From positions 1 through 59,526 of the IMG/VR virus record IMGVR_UViG_3300025168_000093: DNA of 59,526 nt; one strand, given 5' to 3'. The notes beneath the pieces were generated by a model, which did not search any database, was not told where the DNA came from, and saw only the letters and a list, made by a program, of their open reading frames with translations. The position numbers and the translations under genes were made by a program. Source of the DNA: a virus. Its lineage: Duplodnaviria > Caudoviricetes. Shown piece by piece: positions 50,001 to 55,991 of the stretch. The stretch's first letter is position 1; each line of letters opens with the position of its first letter.

Positions 50001-51615
50001 AAACAAAAACACAGTTCAAAGAGATTGGTGGGGCGATGGCGAAGGTAAAGATATCAAAGAATTGTCATTAGCATCACAATATTACATAGTGGATTGGTGG
50101 GGTAACGAAAGAGGCGAAGATGTTAGGCGTAGCCCTGTTAGAGGATTTGGTATCAGACCTGCTTGGGATTGTGGTAATGCTTACAAAATGGGTGCTAACA
50201 CACCTTATGACAGAATATGGAATAACGCAAAACCTTTGTTCAACGTAAAAAATGTAATAAATTCTAGCGGCAATGTATCATTACAAAGTAATTCTACTAT
50301 ACCTAGATTTGGCGGCACAGATAATGACGCTAATGTTGGCTCAAGCGATAGCGATTTAGTAGATGTGTTTTCCCCTGTGCATTCTTTAAGAATTGGTTGT
50401 ATGGGTAGCGGTAGAGGCATGAGATATCCAACATCTTTCAACGAGTGTATATTTACTGATGTTTCTGTAAATGACTCTAAAACAGGCATAGTAATAAGCG
50501 GAAATACAAACCAACCTTTGTTTGGTAAAGGATTCAAAAGACCTAAAAACGATGTATTAGAACCTAATGAGGTTAAGAGAGGTATAAGTCAAAAACTTTC
50601 TGTATCTGAAGACGGTTTGTTAAAACCATCAGCCAATGTAAGTGCTAGGACTGAGACTTTGGTTACATCTAGTAAACACGCAGACCCTATGAGCAGAAGT
50701 AGCCCTAGAATAGGTATAGATGCTCCAATATTTGGAAATGATGTAGAAGAAAGCAATGTTGCTATTAACTCAGAAGCACACAGTTTACACACTGATAGAA
50801 ACGTTGGACAAAGATTCTCACTTAGTGCTGCATTACAAAGAGACGTAAAAACAGCCAACGACTTTACATCGCCAAGTTCCTTCACTAGACAAAGTAATGG
50901 TTCTCCAGTGTCATCCATATTAAGATTTTCACATACAAACCCTGTGAGACCTTATGGTGGTTCTTACATATTAGATATGAGTGCTTATGCAGGTACAGTT
51001 AGTGATAAAAATTGGGGAAGAAATAGTTTAGCATCACCTTCTTACACAACTAATCCTTTCCAAAGCGAAACTAGAAACAGTAAAAACACAAAGAACAACC
51101 ATAAAGATAAATCAATAAGATTCCTTATGAGACCAATAAGATTGTTAGACAATAGACATGTGGAATTATATCGTTTTAATGATACTTTACATAGCAGTAG
51201 TCCACAATATATTTTGAATTATCTGAATTCTACATCGGGTGGAAAGTATGGACTCTTTACTTATGATATAGACACACCTGCTCCTTCTGCTAGGTTTTTA
51301 CCCAATGCATCTTCTACTCCAAATGCTGATGGACCTTATTATCCAATAGTTGGTTTTTCAAGCGACTATATTACTATGGATTCTAGCGGACCCACACTAA
51401 CCACAAGTGAATCTACTAGTTTCGATTTAGATGATTTAAAAACAGCGGTGGGTAGAGTTCTAATTTCAGAAAATACCTTGCAGCACCATAGAGCAGATAG
51501 CATAAGAAACAAAGATTACACAGTTAAACCTAGATTCACACAAACTTTGCATCCAAAAGGTCACAAAGGAGATGTTACTTTCAACACAGACGACCATAGC
51601 GGGGATTCAGCATGA
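35077..51615 (+). CDS. Giant (~5500 aa) tail/baseplate protein with N-terminal LamG/concanavalin A-like domain
   Basis: 16.5-kb uninterrupted ORF; probable start GTG35077 after GGTGA (track 35002); FFFNGVTDSI...ITIEAWV...IQIYVNG...LYVGG...FRGIIEALHIS LamG pattern. Confidence 0.85.
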   Translation: MTVIGNTNKAFFFNGVTDSIIIPQGSFSRVGRATPEGQYDVRGILNPSGKGGDSSITSGKFGAEITIEAWVMPDQGGVVLEKEGLVHLKVGEIHEAAPIEFKIFLHNGVSLEQHTISTGDYNGTRYVGNIYPLSTLNGMHDKNDTDLNRNHRPLMQVVASYNSGKIQIYVNGVLMAEKTLPNAEYRIPDNQDNLYVGGKGGKFRGIIEALHISRGFDESIFNRIAPIKNDNTLLLYRFEEPISTFDDVYTTDASASSGATEVSTSVANATAIATKLLGTSVTSGTVTFTDSPYSSGNYKVIQSTSTGTTSHDVPHVPYNLLMNPSGVDRLTKKPSNKPPERLRIQSINLTNGNIEVKSIHLDFSVDNNGQRGTLHAYDSGSEFILIGADLLIDSLGNPYQPPHYSSRVIDRTGQMVIDEGPLEQHGFVYSSNMADSATDTDNPYAVTWPTAINQAMKIGHSGRHTLNHVEGHPYLRQLPPADREIVQMKSDGAADIVNLFYENSFDGIENQIKTNSEVDYYRKTGTYGINRVVNTASANVIFNNYNAVGSSANTSRKMIAIGGAGFDVTPFFLKAPILEKGMDCDGKMRTHHIRPSKESRVALLNIPTLASSYAMAPYVEVHYNAIDLTGESMTAAVAAGSFSTGVKYIIVSSGNTDFIAIGAAEDKVGVSFTATGSGSGTGTARPYQPMLMVEKTVPSGDTQITHNDTSTTIYQLIASSISSGLTLYAPGGYIDINSSDVAVAQDFFNPHSLSGDNSEGYDADLTIDDSLSVANYAAYTVDSNENKTPVIIEDSTHTTTNHKSIFSKMIIETVDSEKDMVDFSDYSRRDVVSTGSASGEPDVSITSSYSPIYETFDIIDNVEINTVDSDTRIILQPSDRKRINQLFYLQDNLNTKEATNVASLHYLLSRAKVKSVEKSNNDNGGNYTKIECWGIQTNVSSKNASVIGSGSPDSHVVKEIEPNAPVVSVTLGGPGQGGVDTKPTFSKSPFSHAPFSSRRAYAVSTTSMVYDNLSSDFKLNVQPINNQSTDMKSWGTFGFPKIGRVYFSDGSSAKYDSKGGNQFTFGVATAGDGDYLTSEGVEFLHILPLLKAIGVTNNQATGVTGTFALNVTLYSEPDIEGASIENGTNVNDRMFQAMSDVTHDYQLSTQYASTRALVEIPFFSNQFFDNKNQGTFIGPDNAFKIHLDGTNTAHTYNPSPVGRRPIDVIPADREAQSAYSIPIDEKKFKKSSRIIKWDSSNNRLYVKDASVYPVPSASGAYKNLTSVPRFRRVFLSSGEWALYSAVNTSDNYLTVPTASYRFSTGFLGEVRQSDNLPLYVGGPLPNEVIDAISSDAYTPSSDFEDRGEYYYDQASALTQGGNVDYGLRQYVSAVSFRGGPETNPNAPRIQTKRASGTILGITEEATSNGGYTVLVSLSEEDFNQFPNLGCRDTDTASIGAIGGVLYEAIVNYIHPSTGVGTDYVFHYYGPLDTISASSVTVPNSAIVLAHYQNAAYPVDGSGDNTLWGTLVGSTITVTKKTRRVMFDEYLSGLTAGATPKLADGSTLRTFATTNPLYRELINNIHFGAVYASHSSGEIIVSGTNSLQDLFDFNLRIGDKVFYKYNNSGTYTIGYLGEVTKFIAHANGLKFVVAVTPASDVNTQLTAGSNAEIGVLVNDYTDADAILNSTWLNPYAPGGFRNGDTVWANMSYNNPHAVEGLFAKSRGVYNDGEVWTEFNEGEGNLAASNPRDSIPLENFLIGDNCLETARNYAQHVNKTIEENYKALGLAATDAPTIAYVDPYMATEDEARVLLYDVAHDREFIAFQDIHMQVQSSADTTHIGWKRDIVEGTATTMTDLATRLPAINGAAPHAWATQIDVANGYPSQNPLIRATQQSRFMESAYAHDLANRQSDDLTGTTVYSNTAQQNNYTKLYGKAHGHFVHTGHSIAGNASKFAHSMSNPWRNNESVANSNVAATYHKLSRRTNGNFLDNLMKIRETSTRSLRDPSTFFDTPDGTRVIPAFLCLKGIRSSSLDLSNHTESRLQHLPQWKDMDFVRRLTIDMGEIAQSQNVTNVESAALEIVRKINQYGALNARVIDSKTLTTVFDVGLGVSSTAILGGSAHDPAVWWDEDKAFANGDSGTHMGYLRAHIGREVEDSEGNAGFTVVIHSTVPGASGRNFCVWLDNSKSQTIYNPDFLVGHGGRWRNFWALPEDIEGENMHPAPMPLDKNGRPFAPITTLKQYIQDVETAEDVLSVSDFGNEQYTDLMSLSDVVGGKNHNSVNRDSFELEGSTSTIIEGLRVGKNSIGRINFGGLVASGIPGWSPNAGTWGIGQIGDTNLNNRYGEASSNWNVAELAHLPTTSDVVQETVGKSDLYAIRIQDHRGDYHGIRYIYKKVGDAFSNSKTKVPNTLNEEMCIFFDDSDVSQGGFTIGSSVIGSGDATGRMVTTASHTAQSWRGARWNAVPSPSVGIRMSLVIADNSITANPSAPYDSLSHPDVLGYLGFPKTNGVLQITPAASNGSEEGRVISYESRAGNIFYGLKNKPSNGTVIHIVSPTLNWTTLLTDELMAAVTAAAINVDGSTYFDCTDMYASDGKTFGEWGVSPNAIRIKPFNTKKSITPLSKLFTAVLAPDLGIQAAHLEFGEIEKADLTNTWAFGNNRAYTDAEIDASKKIDCGYIPNTLLQISTKSKGPNGNTASPVMVDSSNNPISTAIWKKNLTGENYTAVCGDHILPKIENPILQIDISTFGDNDWASNTKFKSVTSAYHFLIPASTYDHSEHETEVRSFGEITRVHFDDEKSVVLTSVADEESTGFASHNSMVWNADTEINWPSTRSTTDDFLHRHLESKFAGIRSIGSVFSEPLVYFRGGKSSVDHSVPLFFGGGFSGVVMDVNDGTKNDYSKFYTHPYANGPTGTAGIQNANEISTSFAMLDCNAILSFFPGTALLNQHRASPLPPFFNKDNVLSTDLNRTGTTTTGDVVKAKAVPLVLRFPHPTARYEDHINGKENKTTYLVFGPGQAFPIREETEVSNPKEPHPGRVITTGASILGDSFTRVPLMTNTFHNHINNADRNYLPPDKWEYLANASYHWRSVVNWETPAGYSLGRTYKQRPSHGRMYGQMLWTESSYDGRTQPLNHTPMLGYGIATASDTVFHMDGGFHPGGSWLDDQITFNPAKGSASRMSVSGYSKINPTAFRVAGPMLKTIITGTSAIDEDDTDMEYIVIDGTRCQNGEELATVIGAAINTFPGAGALKAMGGTHMPSMGNAMRQDRYGWVDIGNASGTYESSSQPYYIESAPVAPADVDLLKNLPASGWLRGDITGTASNASYACYFMKQIYFTNSNYVARFYLAPNKKVGGTAPDKGFLHNNSGVSPNTGRKLYVWSKSGIIRYNNETDAARDHMTQAHFSGIVDAVDRTKPTGVVGWHGERYSKLNSLKITKSIIVNGSTSNTTGYASGLGAYHSLLNFSPYGSASTVMNVYGHLPQIAPIYASPESTSLLDGGFSASNQKAYIDNVYASNTIGATSRGYTFKDAEDAAPYNLSAEPTNYEFSNKSSNTSLLPEGMEHPQGVYASAFLVISYESELALVAKRDRDGVVAAGDWLYLKQAGGKANAGTTAWDERIHGQDRFTAPANAGPNVEALIADGTVVPTGNIGANWIDTLFSEANHYSSNVQIYKLMHGAVSTDLYLSNATPDRAKTGDLIHDLDYSPGSYNLQSTDTERNVVEDKYSGTAYTAKTGFSNQYWLSDVNGYQTYSNTAGRNFSVENIVWKRMDGGNLSLPTLDARGMGAVPFITRVNSDTAYLTGEKIYGNVRFTFETTNSSMMPVLQAQELSHPQLASSNPTLVMNALQIPNEELQFEEMSVIDDTGQLHVIEGGSPLGTIIRAFNLNDFATQKTGSVFDVGLGVSSDTVNVKKGPALANSGFTPTLAVQLPDPNSIPGNIVVRSGFDPIQAYQNETFGSGGMHHPGDASTRLSRFFDNTFGATQGHPTYEETGWEKYDVLTKRSSVGGFNSNGLRGAYELHDRALFFHVTKMGHTNTHRYPNVYAGGNVVSQTLQFTEISGTVVTVNAAPNAYVWKRGSDATDFGSKEDNDHRRYMRLYNDAGSSGIATYTGVSGSTFTGVKVDADFSNLVAEGGTLYLVPSYYIPAGSNRFFAANRLRDHAEVSGNSPDMAHTEYMTSVTNAHTRYSKPVMTPMPYPRMGHHFVNATMPMLPGHWAHPVYQSLYKKNRAEYSLLKQSMDSTALQDRIIAVNQFIPTKSDLGTTYSDSLNPMEAEINFSAINAAPSGPSDLHGGAFTLMFETAVKWDGYGILASAGDAGQINKAGGHSIVLQAAASYTLANHFPDPAEVGAYQIIIQPNLFNDQIGGAELTASYKITSQQVNTVIGIRHNEVEVGGMTLILARSTQADVRGCEVMVNELMLDLDADFASQFTKIPSLLLYNPYGVNLNESPSFTRRGFPYAPMFSDSTPGVTLNVPWWSTLHGDVSSDDISNDEGYRGLAQSSPHDYYSFSRSTYGSIGNTLTIQGYPTVHPEIYSHTLQNVSKLPTCKVVSFNATNKTIVVDNASAFPSKPRFGEKLQFRARSGSAGGTSIYRASYTKRHGYAAGEINLPVTFTIGVSSNSASFFTKLYDGAILSLVNSKSYFDKSKSVFKNNISEIGKGSNDTNNLHPPDAFICLWHENLGRPYTVYSDDANRAWNAEPVNADKYNSLPEHFETIHYHSATYAMSMGPFSLKVKGQKTTDRAGAVYDASNLNDTGASSTSEFGSILYNRYWPCGSRGGPQASSLETYTLASASWTKPGNHQSMGLIWTDDGDFSGAATNAGSFVTGVLYRITTTGSTPEFTNVGSANNTVGTYFTATGAGSGTGTADKIYSATVGISTDTNDDGSADSTDLRRRFGYRISLKQAHNRPRWGLLPARAVYEGAKSGSAYNTTNYDAGPIVQMEAHGSIPLLYTGVLERMTNFTGMLNLDIAGQQVRYSQGRRMTRAFGAPLRTLRNKNTVQRDWWGDGEGKDIKELSLASQYYIVDWWGNERGEDVRRSPVRGFGIRPAWDCGNAYKMGANTPYDRIWNNAKPLFNVKNVINSSGNVSLQSNSTIPRFGGTDNDANVGSSDSDLVDVFSPVHSLRIGCMGSGRGMRYPTSFNECIFTDVSVNDSKTGIVISGNTNQPLFGKGFKRPKNDVLEPNEVKRGISQKLSVSEDGLLKPSANVSARTETLVTSSKHADPMSRSSPRIGIDAPIFGNDVEESNVAINSEAHSLHTDRNVGQRFSLSAALQRDVKTANDFTSPSSFTRQSNGSPVSSILRFSHTNPVRPYGGSYILDMSAYAGTVSDKNWGRNSLASPSYTTNPFQSETRNSKNTKNNHKDKSIRFLMRPIRLLDNRHVELYRFNDTLHSSSPQYILNYLNSTSGGKYGLFTYDIDTPAPSARFLPNASSTPNADGPYYPIVGFSSDYITMDSSGPTLTTSESTSFDLDDLKTAVGRVLISENTLQHHRADSIRNKDYTVKPRFTQTLHPKGHKGDVTFNTDDHSGDSA

Positions 51616-53006
51616 GAATAAGTTCCACTAAAGCCGCTTTTACTGAATCTTTGACAGAAATTATGACGGATGTCAGAAAACCTGTGTTTGTTGATAATGC
51701 GATACACTATGGAAAATATGAATCACAAAATAAAGATATAGCAAAAGTGACTATGACTACTAGAGATTACTCTATTGCCACAGAAAAAACATACTTTATC
51801 GAAGAAGAAGAATCTAGTATATTATTGTCCCACACAAAAACTCCCGGTCATAGTTATGAAAGCAATCTTTGGGGCTCAGAAGGGATTGATAAATCAACAG
51901 ATTTGCTCTATGATTCAAACGATACTAATAAAAAGATATTTCAAGATAAAGTTGATATCTTAGATAAAAAATTAAGATTAAACCTCAATAATATGAAGAA
52001 TAAGACCTTAGACGACATGGAATTCTATGGAAGAAATGTTCACATGGGTCAACCTATGGATATAGGTCTAAGAACTACAGATTTAGCCATTCGTTTATCG
52101 AATTCAATTGATGGCGATTTAACATCTTTTTCTATAGGTGAACCTTTATCTATATCGAATTCTAGCACACAAAGATTAAAACACAGTAAAAATTTCTTTG
52201 CACATAATTTTAACAACATGAATCTAATTACAGCCTTAAAACTATTAGGTAAAAAAGACAATAGAATTTTAGATTTTGATGTATATGGAAATTTACTGTT
52301 TGTGCCTTTCAATCATAACAAATATGGTTATCGTCTGTCCGATAGTAGTAGAATTGGTTCAAGAACAGAAAATCCTAAAGACAATTTATTAAACAGAGTT
52401 ACCGTAACAGGTTCTCCTTTGGCTGTTAATGATGTAGTATCGGTTACATTAAATGATGGAGAGAGGCAACAAGGAGGAAATAACGTGACTGTAATCGAAA
52501 GCACACCTATATTTGACCCTACTATATCTTCTAGTTCCGAAGCATATAAAGTTGCAAGAAACGTATTAAAGGCTAATAATTTAATAAAAGGCAGCATAGA
52601 TAGTAATGGGCATGTTAATGCATGGATGATAAGACCGGGAGATTTAGTCATCACACCTTTAGGTAAGTTAGTTGTTAAAAAATTACAACACGATTCTGCT
52701 ACTTTATTATCAGATTTTGAGTTCCTAACAAGCGATTTAGGTATTGAAGATGCTTTACAAAGTATATTTGAAGATAATATTGCAGCGAATGAAATATCCA
52801 CTCATGATTTAGAAGAACAAACACAAAATTTAGATTTTTCTTTCTTTAATAGCATAGAGATTAAAAGTAGTGTATTTGTTTCTGTGAATGTAATTTCAAC
52901 TAATGGTTTATTAATCGGCCAGCATCATAATAGAGTTGCAATAGGTGGCAGTGCTGAAACAATCGGTTTGGGAAGAATAGAGAATTTTGAAATAAGGAGT
53001 AATTAA
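51612..53006 (+). CDS. Putative tail-tip hub protein
   Basis: 464 aa; FDVYGNLLF, NRVTVTG and IRPGDLV motifs typical of hub proteins; ATGA overlap. Confidence 0.55.
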   Translation: MRISSTKAAFTESLTEIMTDVRKPVFVDNAIHYGKYESQNKDIAKVTMTTRDYSIATEKTYFIEEEESSILLSHTKTPGHSYESNLWGSEGIDKSTDLLYDSNDTNKKIFQDKVDILDKKLRLNLNNMKNKTLDDMEFYGRNVHMGQPMDIGLRTTDLAIRLSNSIDGDLTSFSIGEPLSISNSSTQRLKHSKNFFAHNFNNMNLITALKLLGKKDNRILDFDVYGNLLFVPFNHNKYGYRLSDSSRIGSRTENPKDNLLNRVTVTGSPLAVNDVVSVTLNDGERQQGGNNVTVIESTPIFDPTISSSSEAYKVARNVLKANNLIKGSIDSNGHVNAWMIRPGDLVITPLGKLVVKKLQHDSATLLSDFEFLTSDLGIEDALQSIFEDNIAANEISTHDLEEQTQNLDFSFFNSIEIKSSVFVSVNVISTNGLLIGQHHNRVAIGGSAETIGLGRIENFEIRSN

Positions 53007-53007
53007 G

Positions 53008-53352
53008 ATGGCAGTAAATGACTATTTAAAGAGGTTGATGATAGAAACAATATCAAATAATATTAATGAATTAACTTTAGGTTTTGATGGTACACCACCT
53101 ACTAGTAGCGATGGTTCTGCTGGTAGACCAATAATTACTTTGAAGCCCACTGTAAGAATTTTAGATAATTCAAGTTTATTAGTTGAAGCGACCCTACCTA
53201 GCACTATTGCTTATGATGAAACGATAAAAGAAGTATATATTCAAATGAAAGACTCTAGTGGGTTTACACCTATAGCGCGTCATGTGTTCGCACCAATAAT
53301 AAAAACAACAAGCAACGAAGTTAAAATTCAAGTATTAATAGAGGTGAAATAA
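53008..53352 (+). CDS. Small baseplate / fibre-attachment protein
   Basis: 114 aa; IKEVYI...ARHVFAPIIKT pattern; position before the fibre genes. Confidence 0.55.
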   Translation: MAVNDYLKRLMIETISNNINELTLGFDGTPPTSSDGSAGRPIITLKPTVRILDNSSLLVEATLPSTIAYDETIKEVYIQMKDSSGFTPIARHVFAPIIKTTSNEVKIQVLIEVK

Positions 53353-55988
53353 TGTCCAATCCCTTAAAAACACACACCGACAATTTAGCAGATGGAGATT
53401 TCTTACTTTCGGCTTCTTTAACTAATATGTTAGAAGGCGTTCACGGCAACGGAATATTACTTTTGGAAGATACACACGCTGGTTCTTCGATACGCAACGC
53501 ACCCGCATCTTTATCCGGTGCAGTATCAAGAGTAGATGCAGAAACAATCAGAATCAAGGGCGGTCTTGCTGTGTTAGATGGTTTAGTGGTAGATTTTGCT
53601 GGTGGTTACACTTCTAATGCACCCGCAACATTTGATGTTGTATTTGACGTTTCAACATATTTTTCGGGACCGCTAAATAGTGGACAATCTTGTTTATTTG
53701 CAGTCTATGTTACAACTGATAATACCACAGGAGTAAAGAGAATAGGAGTGGAAAGAGGCAATATAGCAGATAGTGGGAATTTTCCTATAGCACCAAGTAA
53801 TTTTTTAAACGAAGGTGGGTCTTTAGATGTAGACCAAACAACGGTATTAGCGGTTGTAAAAGTCATTTTTACTAGTAATTCTACTACATATGACATAGAT
53901 GTGTCTACGATATATGACGTTAGAACTTTTGTCAAACCTTCACCAATATATCTTTCAAGGATGTCTTCAGGTGCATTAGGTGCGACAGTTTCAGACTCTA
54001 ACAGGATTGATAGTCACGGTGATTTAGATGGTATGCAAGGCGGCGGAACTGAAAATGGTGCTTTTACGGCATCAAATTTGGGCGCTTTGTGGATGAGCAA
54101 CGATGGTTCCGGCGACGATGTGTTATATTTTTCAGGCGGCCAAGATAGTGGTAGAGCAACACACAGATTAGGACCTAACAAATTAAGTACAACCAATACT
54201 GCACAAAATGTAAAATTTGATGATGCTAACTTTTTCTACGCAACACCTAGTGGCACTGTTAATTTAACACCCAGTGGCACATTTCCACCAAGTCACGTAG
54301 TAACTGTATTCAATGCGGCAACAGGAAGTAGCAACAAAATCGTGTTTGACCCTAGTGGTCTCAGCAATGGTGCTGCTACCGTAGGTGATGTAGCAGCGGG
54401 TTCAAGCGCTATGTTCGTTTATACGGGTTCTGCATGGAAAAAAATCCTTGCAGCATCTTCAGGTTCTGCTAGTGTTAGTGGTTCTGCGGGCGCTATACAA
54501 CTAAGCGATGGAAGCAATTTCTCCGATGATGCACAACTTACCTTTACTACAGCAAGTAACACGTTGAATGTGGGTGGTCCAATAATTATGGCTGCCTCGT
54601 TATTCAAAGCACCGACGGGAGTAGAATTGACTCCTGCTGGTAGCAATCCGGGTAGCACAGGTGGAAACACAATTTGGAAAGATACCGGCACAGGTACTCA
54701 TTTAAAAATAGGTAGCGATGTCATATTAACATCGAGTAATTTTGCATCACAATTTGGTACTAGCGGTGTAGGAATTCATTCTTTGGGGGAACAAGCAATT
54801 GCTTCAGGGGATTTCATATCTTTTTCAGATACAAATGCTTCTAATGTAACCAAAAAAGAGGCTATAGACGATGTAGCGACTCTATTTGCTGGTACGGGTT
54901 TAACTGCATCTAGTGCAGTAATTGGTGTTGATGCTAACCAAGCGGGCATAACAAGCATCGGACCTGCTGGAAATTTAACTGTTAATCAAGACTTGGTAGT
55001 AACAGGGAATTTAACCATAAATGGCACAACAACTACAATCAATTCTACAACTTTAACAGTAGATGATAAACTCATAGAATTAGCGCACACGCCTACTTTT
55101 ACTGATGCTACGTGTGATTATAATAACGACCCAACTATAACGATGGATAGTACAACAAAATTAGTAGCGGGGATGTCAGTCTCAGGCACAGGAATTCCAT
55201 CCAGTGCTACAGTTTCTAGTATTACTGATGCTACTACGTTTGAATTAAGTGCATCTACCACAGGTGGTGCTGTTACAAATGGCACTCTAACTTTCGTTGG
55301 CGAAGGTACCGATGTTGGTATAGATGGTGGCGGAATTATGCTAAGGTCTGCTGATAGCGATAAAAGCATTACTTGGAATAATACTTCAGATGGTTGGACA
55401 TTCAATCAACACATATTTCCTAGCACAGATAGCAATTTCAATTTAGGTTCTTCTTCTGTGCGGTTTGCTAATGGTTATTTCGATACTGTACACGGTGCTG
55501 GTAATTTTACAACAATCACAGGTAGTAGCACAGTAAATATTGATTCGGGTGTTCTGAAAGTAGATTCTTCTAAAGTAGGGATAAATCAAGCAACACCATT
55601 AGCCCCACTACAAGTAAATAATTTAGGATTTGGTGAAGTTAGCGGTCATATAGCCGATACAGGCACATCGGGCTCGGAAAATCTTGGTACTTTCACACTA
55701 TTCAATAAGACACAATTCCGTTCTGCTAAATTGCTAATAGAGATAGACGGGCGAGACATAAGCAACTCCAACGATGTGTTTGAATGTGCAGAAGCAGTCA
55801 TTACACACGATGGTAGTAGCGGAGCAAATATAACCACCTTCGGCGTGGTTCAATCTAATTCAAGTGAAACTTCACAAGCAGACTACAATGTGGTCATAGA
55901 TAGCAACAATGTTAATCTAGTGATTACTCCACGGGTATACAGTGTGCGTTTTGATGTGCGAGTAACTTGGCAAGCAATGGTGGCATAA
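53352..55988 (+). CDS. Tail fibre protein 1
   Basis: 878 aa Gly/Ser/Thr-rich; GNLTINGTTTTINSTTLTVDDK fibre motif; C-terminal FRSAKLLIEI...EAVITHDG domain. Confidence 0.75.
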   Translation: MSNPLKTHTDNLADGDFLLSASLTNMLEGVHGNGILLLEDTHAGSSIRNAPASLSGAVSRVDAETIRIKGGLAVLDGLVVDFAGGYTSNAPATFDVVFDVSTYFSGPLNSGQSCLFAVYVTTDNTTGVKRIGVERGNIADSGNFPIAPSNFLNEGGSLDVDQTTVLAVVKVIFTSNSTTYDIDVSTIYDVRTFVKPSPIYLSRMSSGALGATVSDSNRIDSHGDLDGMQGGGTENGAFTASNLGALWMSNDGSGDDVLYFSGGQDSGRATHRLGPNKLSTTNTAQNVKFDDANFFYATPSGTVNLTPSGTFPPSHVVTVFNAATGSSNKIVFDPSGLSNGAATVGDVAAGSSAMFVYTGSAWKKILAASSGSASVSGSAGAIQLSDGSNFSDDAQLTFTTASNTLNVGGPIIMAASLFKAPTGVELTPAGSNPGSTGGNTIWKDTGTGTHLKIGSDVILTSSNFASQFGTSGVGIHSLGEQAIASGDFISFSDTNASNVTKKEAIDDVATLFAGTGLTASSAVIGVDANQAGITSIGPAGNLTVNQDLVVTGNLTINGTTTTINSTTLTVDDKLIELAHTPTFTDATCDYNNDPTITMDSTTKLVAGMSVSGTGIPSSATVSSITDATTFELSASTTGGAVTNGTLTFVGEGTDVGIDGGGIMLRSADSDKSITWNNTSDGWTFNQHIFPSTDSNFNLGSSSVRFANGYFDTVHGAGNFTTITGSSTVNIDSGVLKVDSSKVGINQATPLAPLQVNNLGFGEVSGHIADTGTSGSENLGTFTLFNKTQFRSAKLLIEIDGRDISNSNDVFECAEAVITHDGSSGANITTFGVVQSNSSETSQADYNVVIDSNNVNLVITPRVYSVRFDVRVTWQAMVA

Positions 55989-55991
55989 TAG

